Below are positions 8,756 through 16,865 of a stretch of DNA of 38,509 nt, in pieces. The translations under genes and the position numbers were made by a program. The stretch lies in the sequence record DRR723986_10911; one strand, written 5' to 3'. The notes under the pieces were generated by a model. That model was not told the origin of the DNA, searched no databases, and saw only the letters and a program-made list of their open reading frames with translations. Each line of letters starts with the position of its first letter. Within the stretch, counting starts at the first letter, position 1.

Positions 8756-9847
8756 GTGACAGTGCAAAACCAGCTTGTTCAGTCCAATCATTACCCGGTT
8801 CACACGCAAGTGCACTGCAATCCCGAGTGGATTGCCTTGCAGCAACAACTCGGTTGTACTGTGTTGCTGGGCACTCGCAGCATGGGTGATTTGCATGTGT
8901 TGAGTACACCAACCCCCGATTCCGTGAATTTTCATGTGGTGAGGTTTCCCCTCTGTATGGGTATGGCTGTGCAGGGCAATCACCTTGCAGTGGCCTGCAA
9001 ATCAGACATCCGCCTGTATTACGATTTACTGTCGCACCCGCAGGTGTCCAGTCCGGTTTATCAGCGCAGCTACAGTCCACGCAGTATTCATTTCACTGGC
9101 GACCTGGATACACACGAACTCGATTTCGATCGGCATGGGCACCCCCTTTTTGTTGCCGCACGTTACAGTTGCATCGCTGAAGTCAGCCCGGTACACAGCT
9201 TCAAACCAGTGTGGCAACCCAAATTTATCAAGCGGTTGACCCCCGAGGATTGTTGTCACCTCAATGGTCTTTGTATGGACCAAGGTGAATTGAAGTATGC
9301 CAGCATGTTTGCTGCAACCGCCGAGCCAAAGGGTTGGAGAACCATGCCATTTAACAGCGGTCAGGTGTGGTCGACCGACGATCAAGAGCCAGTGTGCACC
9401 GGGTTGGTTCAGCCACATAGCCCGCGTTTGTATCGTAGCGAGCTCTATGTTTTGAACAGTGGTGCGGGTGAAATTGGACGAATTGATTTGAACAGTGGGC
9501 ATTACGATTGCATCGCCTTTGTGGGCGGTTATGGTCGAGGCTTAAGCTTCATTGGCGACTACGCAATTTTTGGTATCAGCAAGCCGCGGCACGATGGCTA
9601 TGTAACCAACTTTCCATTGCATGACCGTTTGAAAGCACTGCATCTGCCAGATCGTTGCCAGCTGATCGCCGTTAATTTAAAAACCGGTCACGTTATCCAG
9701 GCGATTACTTTTGAAGGCGCCGCACGTGAGTTTTTCGACACCGTAGTGATTCCCGATTGTCGCAACGGGGTGATCATGAATCTGGATGAGGCACAGCATC
9801 CGCAACTGGTGACCTGTGAGCAGCATGATTGCGCCATGCCAGCATGA
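8756..9847 (+). CDS. TIGR03032 (DUF4915) family protein
   Basis: Family-like motifs FTGDLDTHE, HSFKPVWQPKFI, PEDCCHLNGL, PHSPR, GRGLSF, GISKPR. True start may be GTG 8762 (AAGGT 6 nt upstream). Confidence 0.85.
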   Translation: MTVQNQLVQSNHYPVHTQVHCNPEWIALQQQLGCTVLLGTRSMGDLHVLSTPTPDSVNFHVVRFPLCMGMAVQGNHLAVACKSDIRLYYDLLSHPQVSSPVYQRSYSPRSIHFTGDLDTHELDFDRHGHPLFVAARYSCIAEVSPVHSFKPVWQPKFIKRLTPEDCCHLNGLCMDQGELKYASMFAATAEPKGWRTMPFNSGQVWSTDDQEPVCTGLVQPHSPRLYRSELYVLNSGAGEIGRIDLNSGHYDCIAFVGGYGRGLSFIGDYAIFGISKPRHDGYVTNFPLHDRLKALHLPDRCQLIAVNLKTGHVIQAITFEGAAREFFDTVVIPDCRNGVIMNLDEAQHPQLVTCEQHDCAMPA

Positions 9848-10424
9848 ATTGTTAAAAAAGCACACGGCATGCGTTGTGTGGTTGACTGGCTTGAGTGGGG
9901 CTGGAAAAACCACGCTGGCGATGGCGTTGGAGAAAGAGTTGTACAACAGGGGTGTTCACACGTCTTTACTGGATGGTGACGGCTTGCGGCTCGGTTTGAA
10001 TAGTGATCTTGGTTTTTCACCAGAAGACCGTGCCATCAATGTGCAACGCACAGCACAAGTGTGCAAGCTGATGGTGGATGCCGGCCTCGTGGTGATTGTG
10101 TCCATGATTTCGCCTCAAGCCCAGAGCCGCATCATGGCCCGCTCCTTGTTCAATCCCGGGCAATTTTTTGAAGTGCATGTGAATGCACCTCTTCAGGTGT
10201 GTGAACAACGCGATCCCAAAGGCCTCTATCGCAAAGCGCGTCGCGGCGACATTGCGCAGTTCACCGGGGTCAGCGCTACTTATGAAGTACCCGAAAGTCC
10301 CTGTCTGATTTTGCAAACCCACCAGTACACTGTTTCCGAATGCCTGGAGCAACTTTTTGCAATCCTGGAGCCTGCTTTGGGCCGGTATTCAATAAACGGG
10401 AGAATGAATCAACAACCGGATTGA
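9816..10424 (+). CDS. cysC: Adenylyl-sulfate (APS) kinase
   Basis: VVWLTGLSGAGKTT P-loop, LLDGD..R.GLNSDLGFS, ISP, RDPKGLY, FTGVSATYE.P. Overlaps the upstream gene; start could be ATG 9825. Confidence 0.95.
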   Translation: MSSMIAPCQHELLKKHTACVVWLTGLSGAGKTTLAMALEKELYNRGVHTSLLDGDGLRLGLNSDLGFSPEDRAINVQRTAQVCKLMVDAGLVVIVSMISPQAQSRIMARSLFNPGQFFEVHVNAPLQVCEQRDPKGLYRKARRGDIAQFTGVSATYEVPESPCLILQTHQYTVSECLEQLFAILEPALGRYSINGRMNQQPD

Positions 10425-10448
10425 CAATCAATCGGTTTCGGGTAAGGT
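10421..10448 (+). promoter_or_regulatory. Putative sigma70 promoter of the epimerase-like gene
   Basis: TTGACA-16 nt-TAAGGT; the -35 lies inside an inverted repeat (10414-10437). Confidence 0.45.
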
Positions 10449-10479
10449 TAAGATCCTCTACCGCGCACGCAGAACCAAT

Positions 10480-11640
10480 ATGGGAATCAAAATGGAGGCC
10501 TTTCCGGCCCCGGATCAGCTCAAAAATGCAGCACCCAAAGCAGAGGAACTTCAAACCAAAGAATTGGCCGAGCTTGAGGCGGTCGATCCAGGCTTGGTGA
10601 AACAGGCTCGCCAGAAACAAACTGTACTGGTCACAGGGCATGCAGGTTTTATCGGATTTCACACGGCCAAGGCGCTCCTGGAGCGTGGCGACAAAGTGAT
10701 TGGCTTTGATTCACTGAACAGTCACTATGACACCCGGCTCAAGCGTGAACGCTTGACTATGCTCGATGAAATTGCAAAGGCCACTGGATCGAAATACCAT
10801 TCAGTGCGCGCTGATCTTTGCGACAGTACGCAGCTGCACGAATGCTTGGAAACTTACAAAGTTCAGCGGGTCATTCACCTCGCCGGGCAAACCGACAAAT
10901 TTTTGTCGCAGGACAAACCTGCCGAGTGTGTGCAAAACAATATCAACAGTTTTGTGTCGCTGTTGGAAGCTTGCCGACATTTCAAAATTCACCACTTAAC
11001 GTATGCCAGCAGCCATGCTGTATACGGGGCGGGTTTCCAGAAACCCATGAGCGAGCGCGACAGTGCAAACCACCCACAGCGCCTGGATGCCGCCACTCAG
11101 CGTGCCTGCGAACTCATGGCCCATTCCTACAGTCACCTGTTTAATTTGCCCACCACTGGCTTGCGGTTTTTCTCGGTGTACGGCCCTTGGGGCAGACCCG
11201 ATTCGGTGCTGTTCGCGTTCACCAAACGTATTCTCGAAGGCAAGCCCATTCAAATTTACAACGATGGTCGTAACACCCGGGACTACACCTACATTGCTGA
11301 TTTGGTGGAGGCGGTGCTGCGTGCCAGCGACACCCCCGCCGAGCCCAACCCGGTGTGGCTGGTTGAGGCGCCTGATCAGGCCACGAGTAACGCACCCTGG
11401 CGAATTTTGAACGTGGGCAACAGCTTGCCAGTTTCAATTGAGGAATTGATCGCAGCGCTGGAACATGCCTTGGAGAAAACCGCCATCAAGGAATACATCA
11501 CCGGCCCGATTCTGGAAAAGAGCCAAAGCTGTGCCGATGTCACTGCCTTGCAATCGGCCACTCAATTCAGGCCTGTCACCCCCCTGGCGCAGGGCATCGC
11601 TGAATTCGCCGCCTGGTATCGTATGTATCACCAGGTGTAA
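10480..11640 (+). CDS. UDP-glucuronate 4-epimerase-like extended SDR with degenerate active site
   Basis: LVTGHAGFIGFH, ELMAHSYSHLFNLPTTGLRFFSVYGPWGRPD, RDYTYI, ATSNAPWRILNVGN are typical of this family, but YAATK is replaced by DAATQ. Confidence 0.85.
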   Translation: MGIKMEAFPAPDQLKNAAPKAEELQTKELAELEAVDPGLVKQARQKQTVLVTGHAGFIGFHTAKALLERGDKVIGFDSLNSHYDTRLKRERLTMLDEIAKATGSKYHSVRADLCDSTQLHECLETYKVQRVIHLAGQTDKFLSQDKPAECVQNNINSFVSLLEACRHFKIHHLTYASSHAVYGAGFQKPMSERDSANHPQRLDAATQRACELMAHSYSHLFNLPTTGLRFFSVYGPWGRPDSVLFAFTKRILEGKPIQIYNDGRNTRDYTYIADLVEAVLRASDTPAEPNPVWLVEAPDQATSNAPWRILNVGNSLPVSIEELIAALEHALEKTAIKEYITGPILEKSQSCADVTALQSATQFRPVTPLAQGIAEFAAWYRMYHQV

Positions 11641-11788
11641 TGCTTCTTGATGTTTACTCAGTGTCCAAGTAGTGTCGGCTTAGCGACACTTCAGGCACAT
11701 CTAATTCCTGTCATCTCCCGGTAACAAGGGGATACACACTTAAATCCACAACGCCAAAGTCACAAGGCGGAGATGGCAGGAGACACCC

Positions 11789-13933
11789 ATGACCGTAGTA
11801 CCCTTCAACAAACTGTTGCTTGCGGCCCTTCTCGGGGCCACCTTGGGCCTCGCAGCCTGTGGCAGCGACGATACCCCGGCGAGTTTGGCTGGCCCGAACA
11901 ATCCCACCAATCCCAATGAGGAAGTTGAGCCCACCATTACCTTGGTGGCCAACTTTAAAAACCCGGATCCTGAGGCAGTACAACGGCAGTTCACGTCCAC
12001 GGCATGCAGCGACAATGCCACACAACCTCGTGCAGGTGGCAACAGTTACAGCGTGAACCTGCAGTCTGCAAGTGGCCACAATATTGCGTTCACTGTGTTC
12101 GAGCCTGCCGAGTTTAATTGTGATCGGGGTAATCCTTTGGTGCTGGAAGGCCACGGTTATGGCGGCTCGCGCGCGAGCAGCCCTCGCGGCATCATGGGCG
12201 ACCTGATTGAGGCTGGTGCTGGGGTGATTAGTATTGACCAACGCGGCTTTGGTGAAAGCGGCGGATCTGTCCGCGTCTTGGATCCAGACTTTGAAGGGCA
12301 AGACCTGCTTCAAATCCTCGATTGGGCTGAGGCCAACCTGGACTGGTTGCGCTACGCCAGCACGCCCAAACCTGCGGGCAACCGTGAATTCAACATGGTG
12401 GCTGGAGCCACGGGTGGCAGCTACGGTGGTGGCTATCAACTGTTGATTCACAACATTGATCCACTGAAGCGCCTGGATGCGCTCACCCCCGATATTGCAT
12501 GGAATGACCTGCGCTACAGCTTGAACCCTGGCGGCGCGTATGGCATCGAAAATTTTGAGCCCGCCGAGGGCAATGTCAAGCCCACCGGCACCGTGAAGTC
12601 GGGATGGGCCTTGCTGTTGGTGGCCGGCGGCGAATCGGGTTCTTTGAGCCCAAAGCTGCAAGCAGGCGACCCCATGGCTTTGCAAACCAGCGGGCAAGAC
12701 AACTTAATCCGCGAAACCCTGTTGCGCGGCGCCACCGCCAATCGTTTTCCAGAGGGAGCGCTGGAGTTTTTCCGTTACCACAGCCCAAGTTATTGGTGCG
12801 ATTCTGAAGCCCCCGGCGCGCAAAGCTTCCTTCAAAGCGAAGTAACGCCTGGTCTGGCCCAGAAAACACCGGACCCGGTCGATATTCTGTTCACTCAAGG
12901 TTTTCGGGACACCTTGTTCAACTTCAACGACGCATTCCACAACTTCAGTTGTTACCGCGCGCTTGAGGATGACAAAGGCAAAAAAGCCGATGTACGTTTG
13001 CTGACCCACCAAAGTGGTCACATTCTGCCCCTGTCGCCTTCGATGGTCCCTGGTTTGGCTGACCTGACGGAGCAGGGCGCCCAAAACGGTCTCAATGAAA
13101 TTGAGTTCCAAAAGCCAGGTGGCCCTTTTGCTTGTGGTGACCTGAGTATTCCAGAGGCCCAATTTGCATTCCTTGTTGAAAAGTTGTTTACGCCCCAGGA
13201 AGCTGCTGCGATCAAAAACGCCAGCGAATCCAATGCGTTCACAACCTTGGCTGCAAACAAAGGCAAGGTTTGCCTCAGCCTGAATGACGACGTGGGACAA
13301 GGCACGGCCAGTGAAAACGCCGCAGTGTGGGTGAATGAAAACACATTGTTCAGCAACCTGGGGCCGCAAGCCAAGGGCCAAGCAACCAATAGCAATATTC
13401 AGCCTGTGGCCATTGATTTTACGCCAGGGGCTGATCCACTGAATGTGCTCACCAGTGCGGTGACCGGCATTTTGCGTTATCCGTTTGCGCCCGCGGTTAT
13501 GCCCATTGACTTGCCCGCCGGTGTGAATGTGGTGGCAGGTATTCCAACTGCGACCTTCGAAATCGCACCACCTGTGGATATGTTGATGAACCCTGTGTGT
13601 GGTCAAATTTATTCAGCCACGGCCATGTCACCCATTGGGTTGGCAGGTTTGGAGCCTGGCTGCGACCCCATGTTGTTCGTTGGGCTCGGCGTGAACAGAA
13701 ACGGCGCCTGGCGTTTGATCGATGATCAGGTGACGCCCATTCGTGGCTTTGGCAAGCGCCATGTGGAAATGACTGGCGTGGCCGAACGTTTGGCCGAAGG
13801 TGAAACCTTGGGCTTGCTGGTGTATGGTTATCACCCACAATATTTGGCAACCGCCTCTCGCGATCTGGTCACCCCCTTGGTCGCACTGCGCGGTACTTTG
13901 AATTTACCCACATTGCAAAATTTAATGCCATAA
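11789..13933 (+). CDS. Alpha/beta-hydrolase lipoprotein (CocE/NonD, peptidase S15-like)
   Basis: Lipobox LAAC, GHGYGG, IDQRGFGESGG, nucleophile elbow GGSYGG, QGFRDTLFNF; AGGAG RBS. Confidence 0.85.
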   Translation: MTVVPFNKLLLAALLGATLGLAACGSDDTPASLAGPNNPTNPNEEVEPTITLVANFKNPDPEAVQRQFTSTACSDNATQPRAGGNSYSVNLQSASGHNIAFTVFEPAEFNCDRGNPLVLEGHGYGGSRASSPRGIMGDLIEAGAGVISIDQRGFGESGGSVRVLDPDFEGQDLLQILDWAEANLDWLRYASTPKPAGNREFNMVAGATGGSYGGGYQLLIHNIDPLKRLDALTPDIAWNDLRYSLNPGGAYGIENFEPAEGNVKPTGTVKSGWALLLVAGGESGSLSPKLQAGDPMALQTSGQDNLIRETLLRGATANRFPEGALEFFRYHSPSYWCDSEAPGAQSFLQSEVTPGLAQKTPDPVDILFTQGFRDTLFNFNDAFHNFSCYRALEDDKGKKADVRLLTHQSGHILPLSPSMVPGLADLTEQGAQNGLNEIEFQKPGGPFACGDLSIPEAQFAFLVEKLFTPQEAAAIKNASESNAFTTLAANKGKVCLSLNDDVGQGTASENAAVWVNENTLFSNLGPQAKGQATNSNIQPVAIDFTPGADPLNVLTSAVTGILRYPFAPAVMPIDLPAGVNVVAGIPTATFEIAPPVDMLMNPVCGQIYSATAMSPIGLAGLEPGCDPMLFVGLGVNRNGAWRLIDDQVTPIRGFGKRHVEMTGVAERLAEGETLGLLVYGYHPQYLATASRDLVTPLVALRGTLNLPTLQNLMP

Positions 13934-13945
13934 TCCGGCTGTCAA

Positions 13946-14650
13946 ATGATTACATGCAGCGCCCACTCCACGTGGGCGCTCTTATTTCCAGTGAAAAATC
14001 AAGCCAAAGCTGAAGCTGTAGAAAATACACAAGGTGTGCGCCCAGCCATGCAGGCCCGCAGCCTTCGAAAGCGGCACGACCTGCTCAAAGCCGGGCGCAA
14101 GCTCTTGCACACCCGTGTGCTTGAGGAAATTTCAATCAAAGACATCTGCACTGAAGCGGGTTGCACCGTGGGTTCGTTCTACAGCCGGTTTGAAGACAAA
14201 GAAAGTTACTTCGACGCCTTGATCGCCGAGAGCTGCCAGGAGTTGCTCATGAGCGCTGCCAGTCAATTTGATGACCGCAACTGGGTGGGTGTGGAAGGTA
14301 AACTGATTTGCGACGAAGTAGTCAGTTTTCTAGTCGGTATTTTTCAGGGTGAATACAGTTCAATCTTGACTGAAGCGTTTATTCGCGAATCCAAGGGCTT
14401 CATTGAATCCACTCCCATGCGCGATGTGGGTTTCGGTTTCATCACCACAGTTTCAAAGCCTCTGCTGCCGCACATCGACAGCGCCGTTCACCCAGATCCC
14501 TTGCGGGCCTTGGCTTTCGCCATTCAGGTCGTCTACGGTGCGCTTCACAATGCCCGCCTGCGTGATGCGGGCCCTGTTAAATTTCGCACCCAGGAATTCG
14601 AAACGCGAATTCAGAATGTGGTAAGTCGATACCTCGGAATCGAGTCCTGA
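13946..14650 (+). CDS. TetR/AcrR family transcriptional regulator
   Basis: QARS...LLKAGRKLL...ISIKDICTEAGCTVGSFYSRFEDKE HTH. Real start is probably later (e.g. GTG 13991). Confidence 0.9.
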   Translation: MITCSAHSTWALLFPVKNQAKAEAVENTQGVRPAMQARSLRKRHDLLKAGRKLLHTRVLEEISIKDICTEAGCTVGSFYSRFEDKESYFDALIAESCQELLMSAASQFDDRNWVGVEGKLICDEVVSFLVGIFQGEYSSILTEAFIRESKGFIESTPMRDVGFGFITTVSKPLLPHIDSAVHPDPLRALAFAIQVVYGALHNARLRDAGPVKFRTQEFETRIQNVVSRYLGIES

Positions 14651-14754
14651 CAAGCCCTGTAGTGAAATTACTACTAAATTGCGACTATTGACAATTCGCG
14701 CAACATTTCATGTTACTCCGGTGGTACATTTTTAGATAAGGCGCTCTAAATTAT

Positions 14755-14776
14755 TAAAACTGTAATTACGGTTTTA
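14755..14776. promoter_or_regulatory. 22-bp near-perfect palindrome, candidate TetR operator
   Basis: TAAAACTGTAATTACGGTTTTA (one mismatched pair) in the AT-rich region upstream of the DUF1302 gene. Confidence 0.55.
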
Positions 14777-15026
14777 TTTTTTGGAAAGCTGCTTTACACT
14801 AAGCAAAAAATTAGCAAAAAGCATCAATCAAGGTGCAATTACTGGAGGTGACATGTCTTATCTTTCTCAAGGTTCTCGAAGTTCCCCATAAGGTTGGTTC
14901 GCGCCTCTAGCAGGCCGGAACAACTATTCGATTTTTCAGTTGATTTTCCGACATCCTCAGTCTGAGGACTGTTCGGCAATTGCAGGCGTGTTTCGTCTGC
15001 TGACTCGATAATTATTTGGGGGCTAC

Positions 15027-16838
15027 ATGAACAAACATTCTTTTACTAAAACAAGAACACACGTTGCCGTGCGCAACATGATCGCAGCGGGGCTGTTTGC
15101 CGCGGCTGTGATGCCTGTACAGGCTGCCAATTTTCAGATTGGCGATTTCGACCTCAGCGTAAACTCCACCGTATCGGCGGGTACTAGTTTCCGCGTTGAG
15201 GGGCAGGATAGGGCGCTTTATGGGCCTGCGAATAGAAACGCTGAAGGAATTACTGGGACCGGAGCGTCTAACACCGGCGATGACGGAAATTTGAACTTTC
15301 AAAAGGGCGATACCTTCTCGACCATTATCAAAGGCGTTCACGACTTTGAATTGAAGAAGGACAATTATGGTTTCTTCACGCGCGTTAAGTGGTTCTATGA
15401 CCACACGTTGAATCAAAAAGATGTATTCCACGGTCATGAGCCAACAAGTAACACTCCAAATCGCAGATTGGATGATAACGGCTTCCACCCATATGCGCGT
15501 TTTGACGGTGTTGACGTATTGGATGCCTTTGGTTATATCAACACCAATGTAGGTGGAATGCCGCTTGATTTGCGTCTAGGTAAACAAGTCATCAGCTGGG
15601 GTGAAAGCACCTTTATTTTGAGCCCAATTGCTGGTTTGAATACGATTGACGTTTCAGCATTCCGCCGCCCCGGGGCGGAATTGAAAGAGGGCTTTACTCC
15701 AGCTGAAATGTTGTACGCTAACTTAGGTGTCACTGACACTACCAGTCTCGAAGGTTTTGTTCAATTGAAGTGGCGTAAAACTGTACCCGAAGGTTGCGGT
15801 ACATTTTTCTCAACTGCGGATTTCTTGGCTGATGGTTGTGGGCGACTTGCGTTCCTTTCTTCTGCGCCTGATCAGCAAAACTTCCCAGGCGGGTTCTTCA
15901 TCAATCGAGGGTTGGATCGCCAGCCTGATGATGGTGGCCAGTTTGGTCTAGCACTCCGTAGTTATTTTGAATCTTTGGATGCAGAGCTCGGTGTCTACGC
16001 TATGCAGTATCACAGCAGATTGCCGATGGCTAGTTTGTTTAAAGGAGCGGTTCCAGCGCCTACATTTGGCCCTACTTCTCAGTCCCGTTACGTCGCAGAC
16101 TACCCTGAAGATATTAAAGTCTTCGGAGCCAGTTTTGCAACAAACGTGGGTGGCTGGGCATGGTCGGGCGAGGCATCCATGACTCAAGACTTGCCAATTC
16201 AAATTAACGCGACCGACCTGCTGCGTGCTGGTTTGACACTTGGTCAGCCAACGGGCGCCCCTTTCTTTGGAATCACTGCTCCCGCAGATTTGCGCAACAG
16301 GATTGCAAGCGCTCCTAACGGAACTGTTGTAAACGGATTCGATCGGTTTGATGTGACGCAAATTCAAAACACCTTTATCAAAACTTTTGACCGGGCCTTG
16401 GGGTCTAGTCAAGTCGCTTTCGTAGGTGAGGTTGCAGCGGTCTTTGTAGATGGGTTGCCCGATATTCGGAATGGGGGAATTCGCTACGGACGGAACGCAG
16501 TGTTCGGTGGCGCTCAAGATCCAGGTAACAATTTCAATGGTTTTGTGACTGAGTTCTCTTGGGGTTACCGCTTGAGAACCCAAGCGACTTATCGCGACGT
16601 TTTCTTGGGTACTGATTTGATTCCAAGCATCGTGTGGTCCCATGACGTAGACGGCTATTCGCCGGAGCCAGGTCAGGCCTTCAACGAAGGCCGTCAATCT
16701 GTTGGCTTGGGCTTGGGCTTTGAGTTTGATGCCAACACCAAGGCTTCAATCAACTACACCACATTCACCAATGCAGCTGATTTTGATGTTCTTCGCGATC
16801 GCGACTTCATCTCGTTGAGCGCATCCTACTCATTCTAA
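15027..16838 (+). CDS. DUF1302 family outer-membrane beta-barrel protein
   Basis: Signal peptide, NTGDDGNLNFQKGD, RLGKQVISWGESTF, PGAELKE, YPEDIKVFGASF, C-terminal DRDFISLSASYSF. Confidence 0.9.
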   Translation: MNKHSFTKTRTHVAVRNMIAAGLFAAAVMPVQAANFQIGDFDLSVNSTVSAGTSFRVEGQDRALYGPANRNAEGITGTGASNTGDDGNLNFQKGDTFSTIIKGVHDFELKKDNYGFFTRVKWFYDHTLNQKDVFHGHEPTSNTPNRRLDDNGFHPYARFDGVDVLDAFGYINTNVGGMPLDLRLGKQVISWGESTFILSPIAGLNTIDVSAFRRPGAELKEGFTPAEMLYANLGVTDTTSLEGFVQLKWRKTVPEGCGTFFSTADFLADGCGRLAFLSSAPDQQNFPGGFFINRGLDRQPDDGGQFGLALRSYFESLDAELGVYAMQYHSRLPMASLFKGAVPAPTFGPTSQSRYVADYPEDIKVFGASFATNVGGWAWSGEASMTQDLPIQINATDLLRAGLTLGQPTGAPFFGITAPADLRNRIASAPNGTVVNGFDRFDVTQIQNTFIKTFDRALGSSQVAFVGEVAAVFVDGLPDIRNGGIRYGRNAVFGGAQDPGNNFNGFVTEFSWGYRLRTQATYRDVFLGTDLIPSIVWSHDVDGYSPEPGQAFNEGRQSVGLGLGFEFDANTKASINYTTFTNAADFDVLRDRDFISLSASYSF

Positions 16839-16865
16839 GAACAGAGACACACTGGAGGAATTTTT

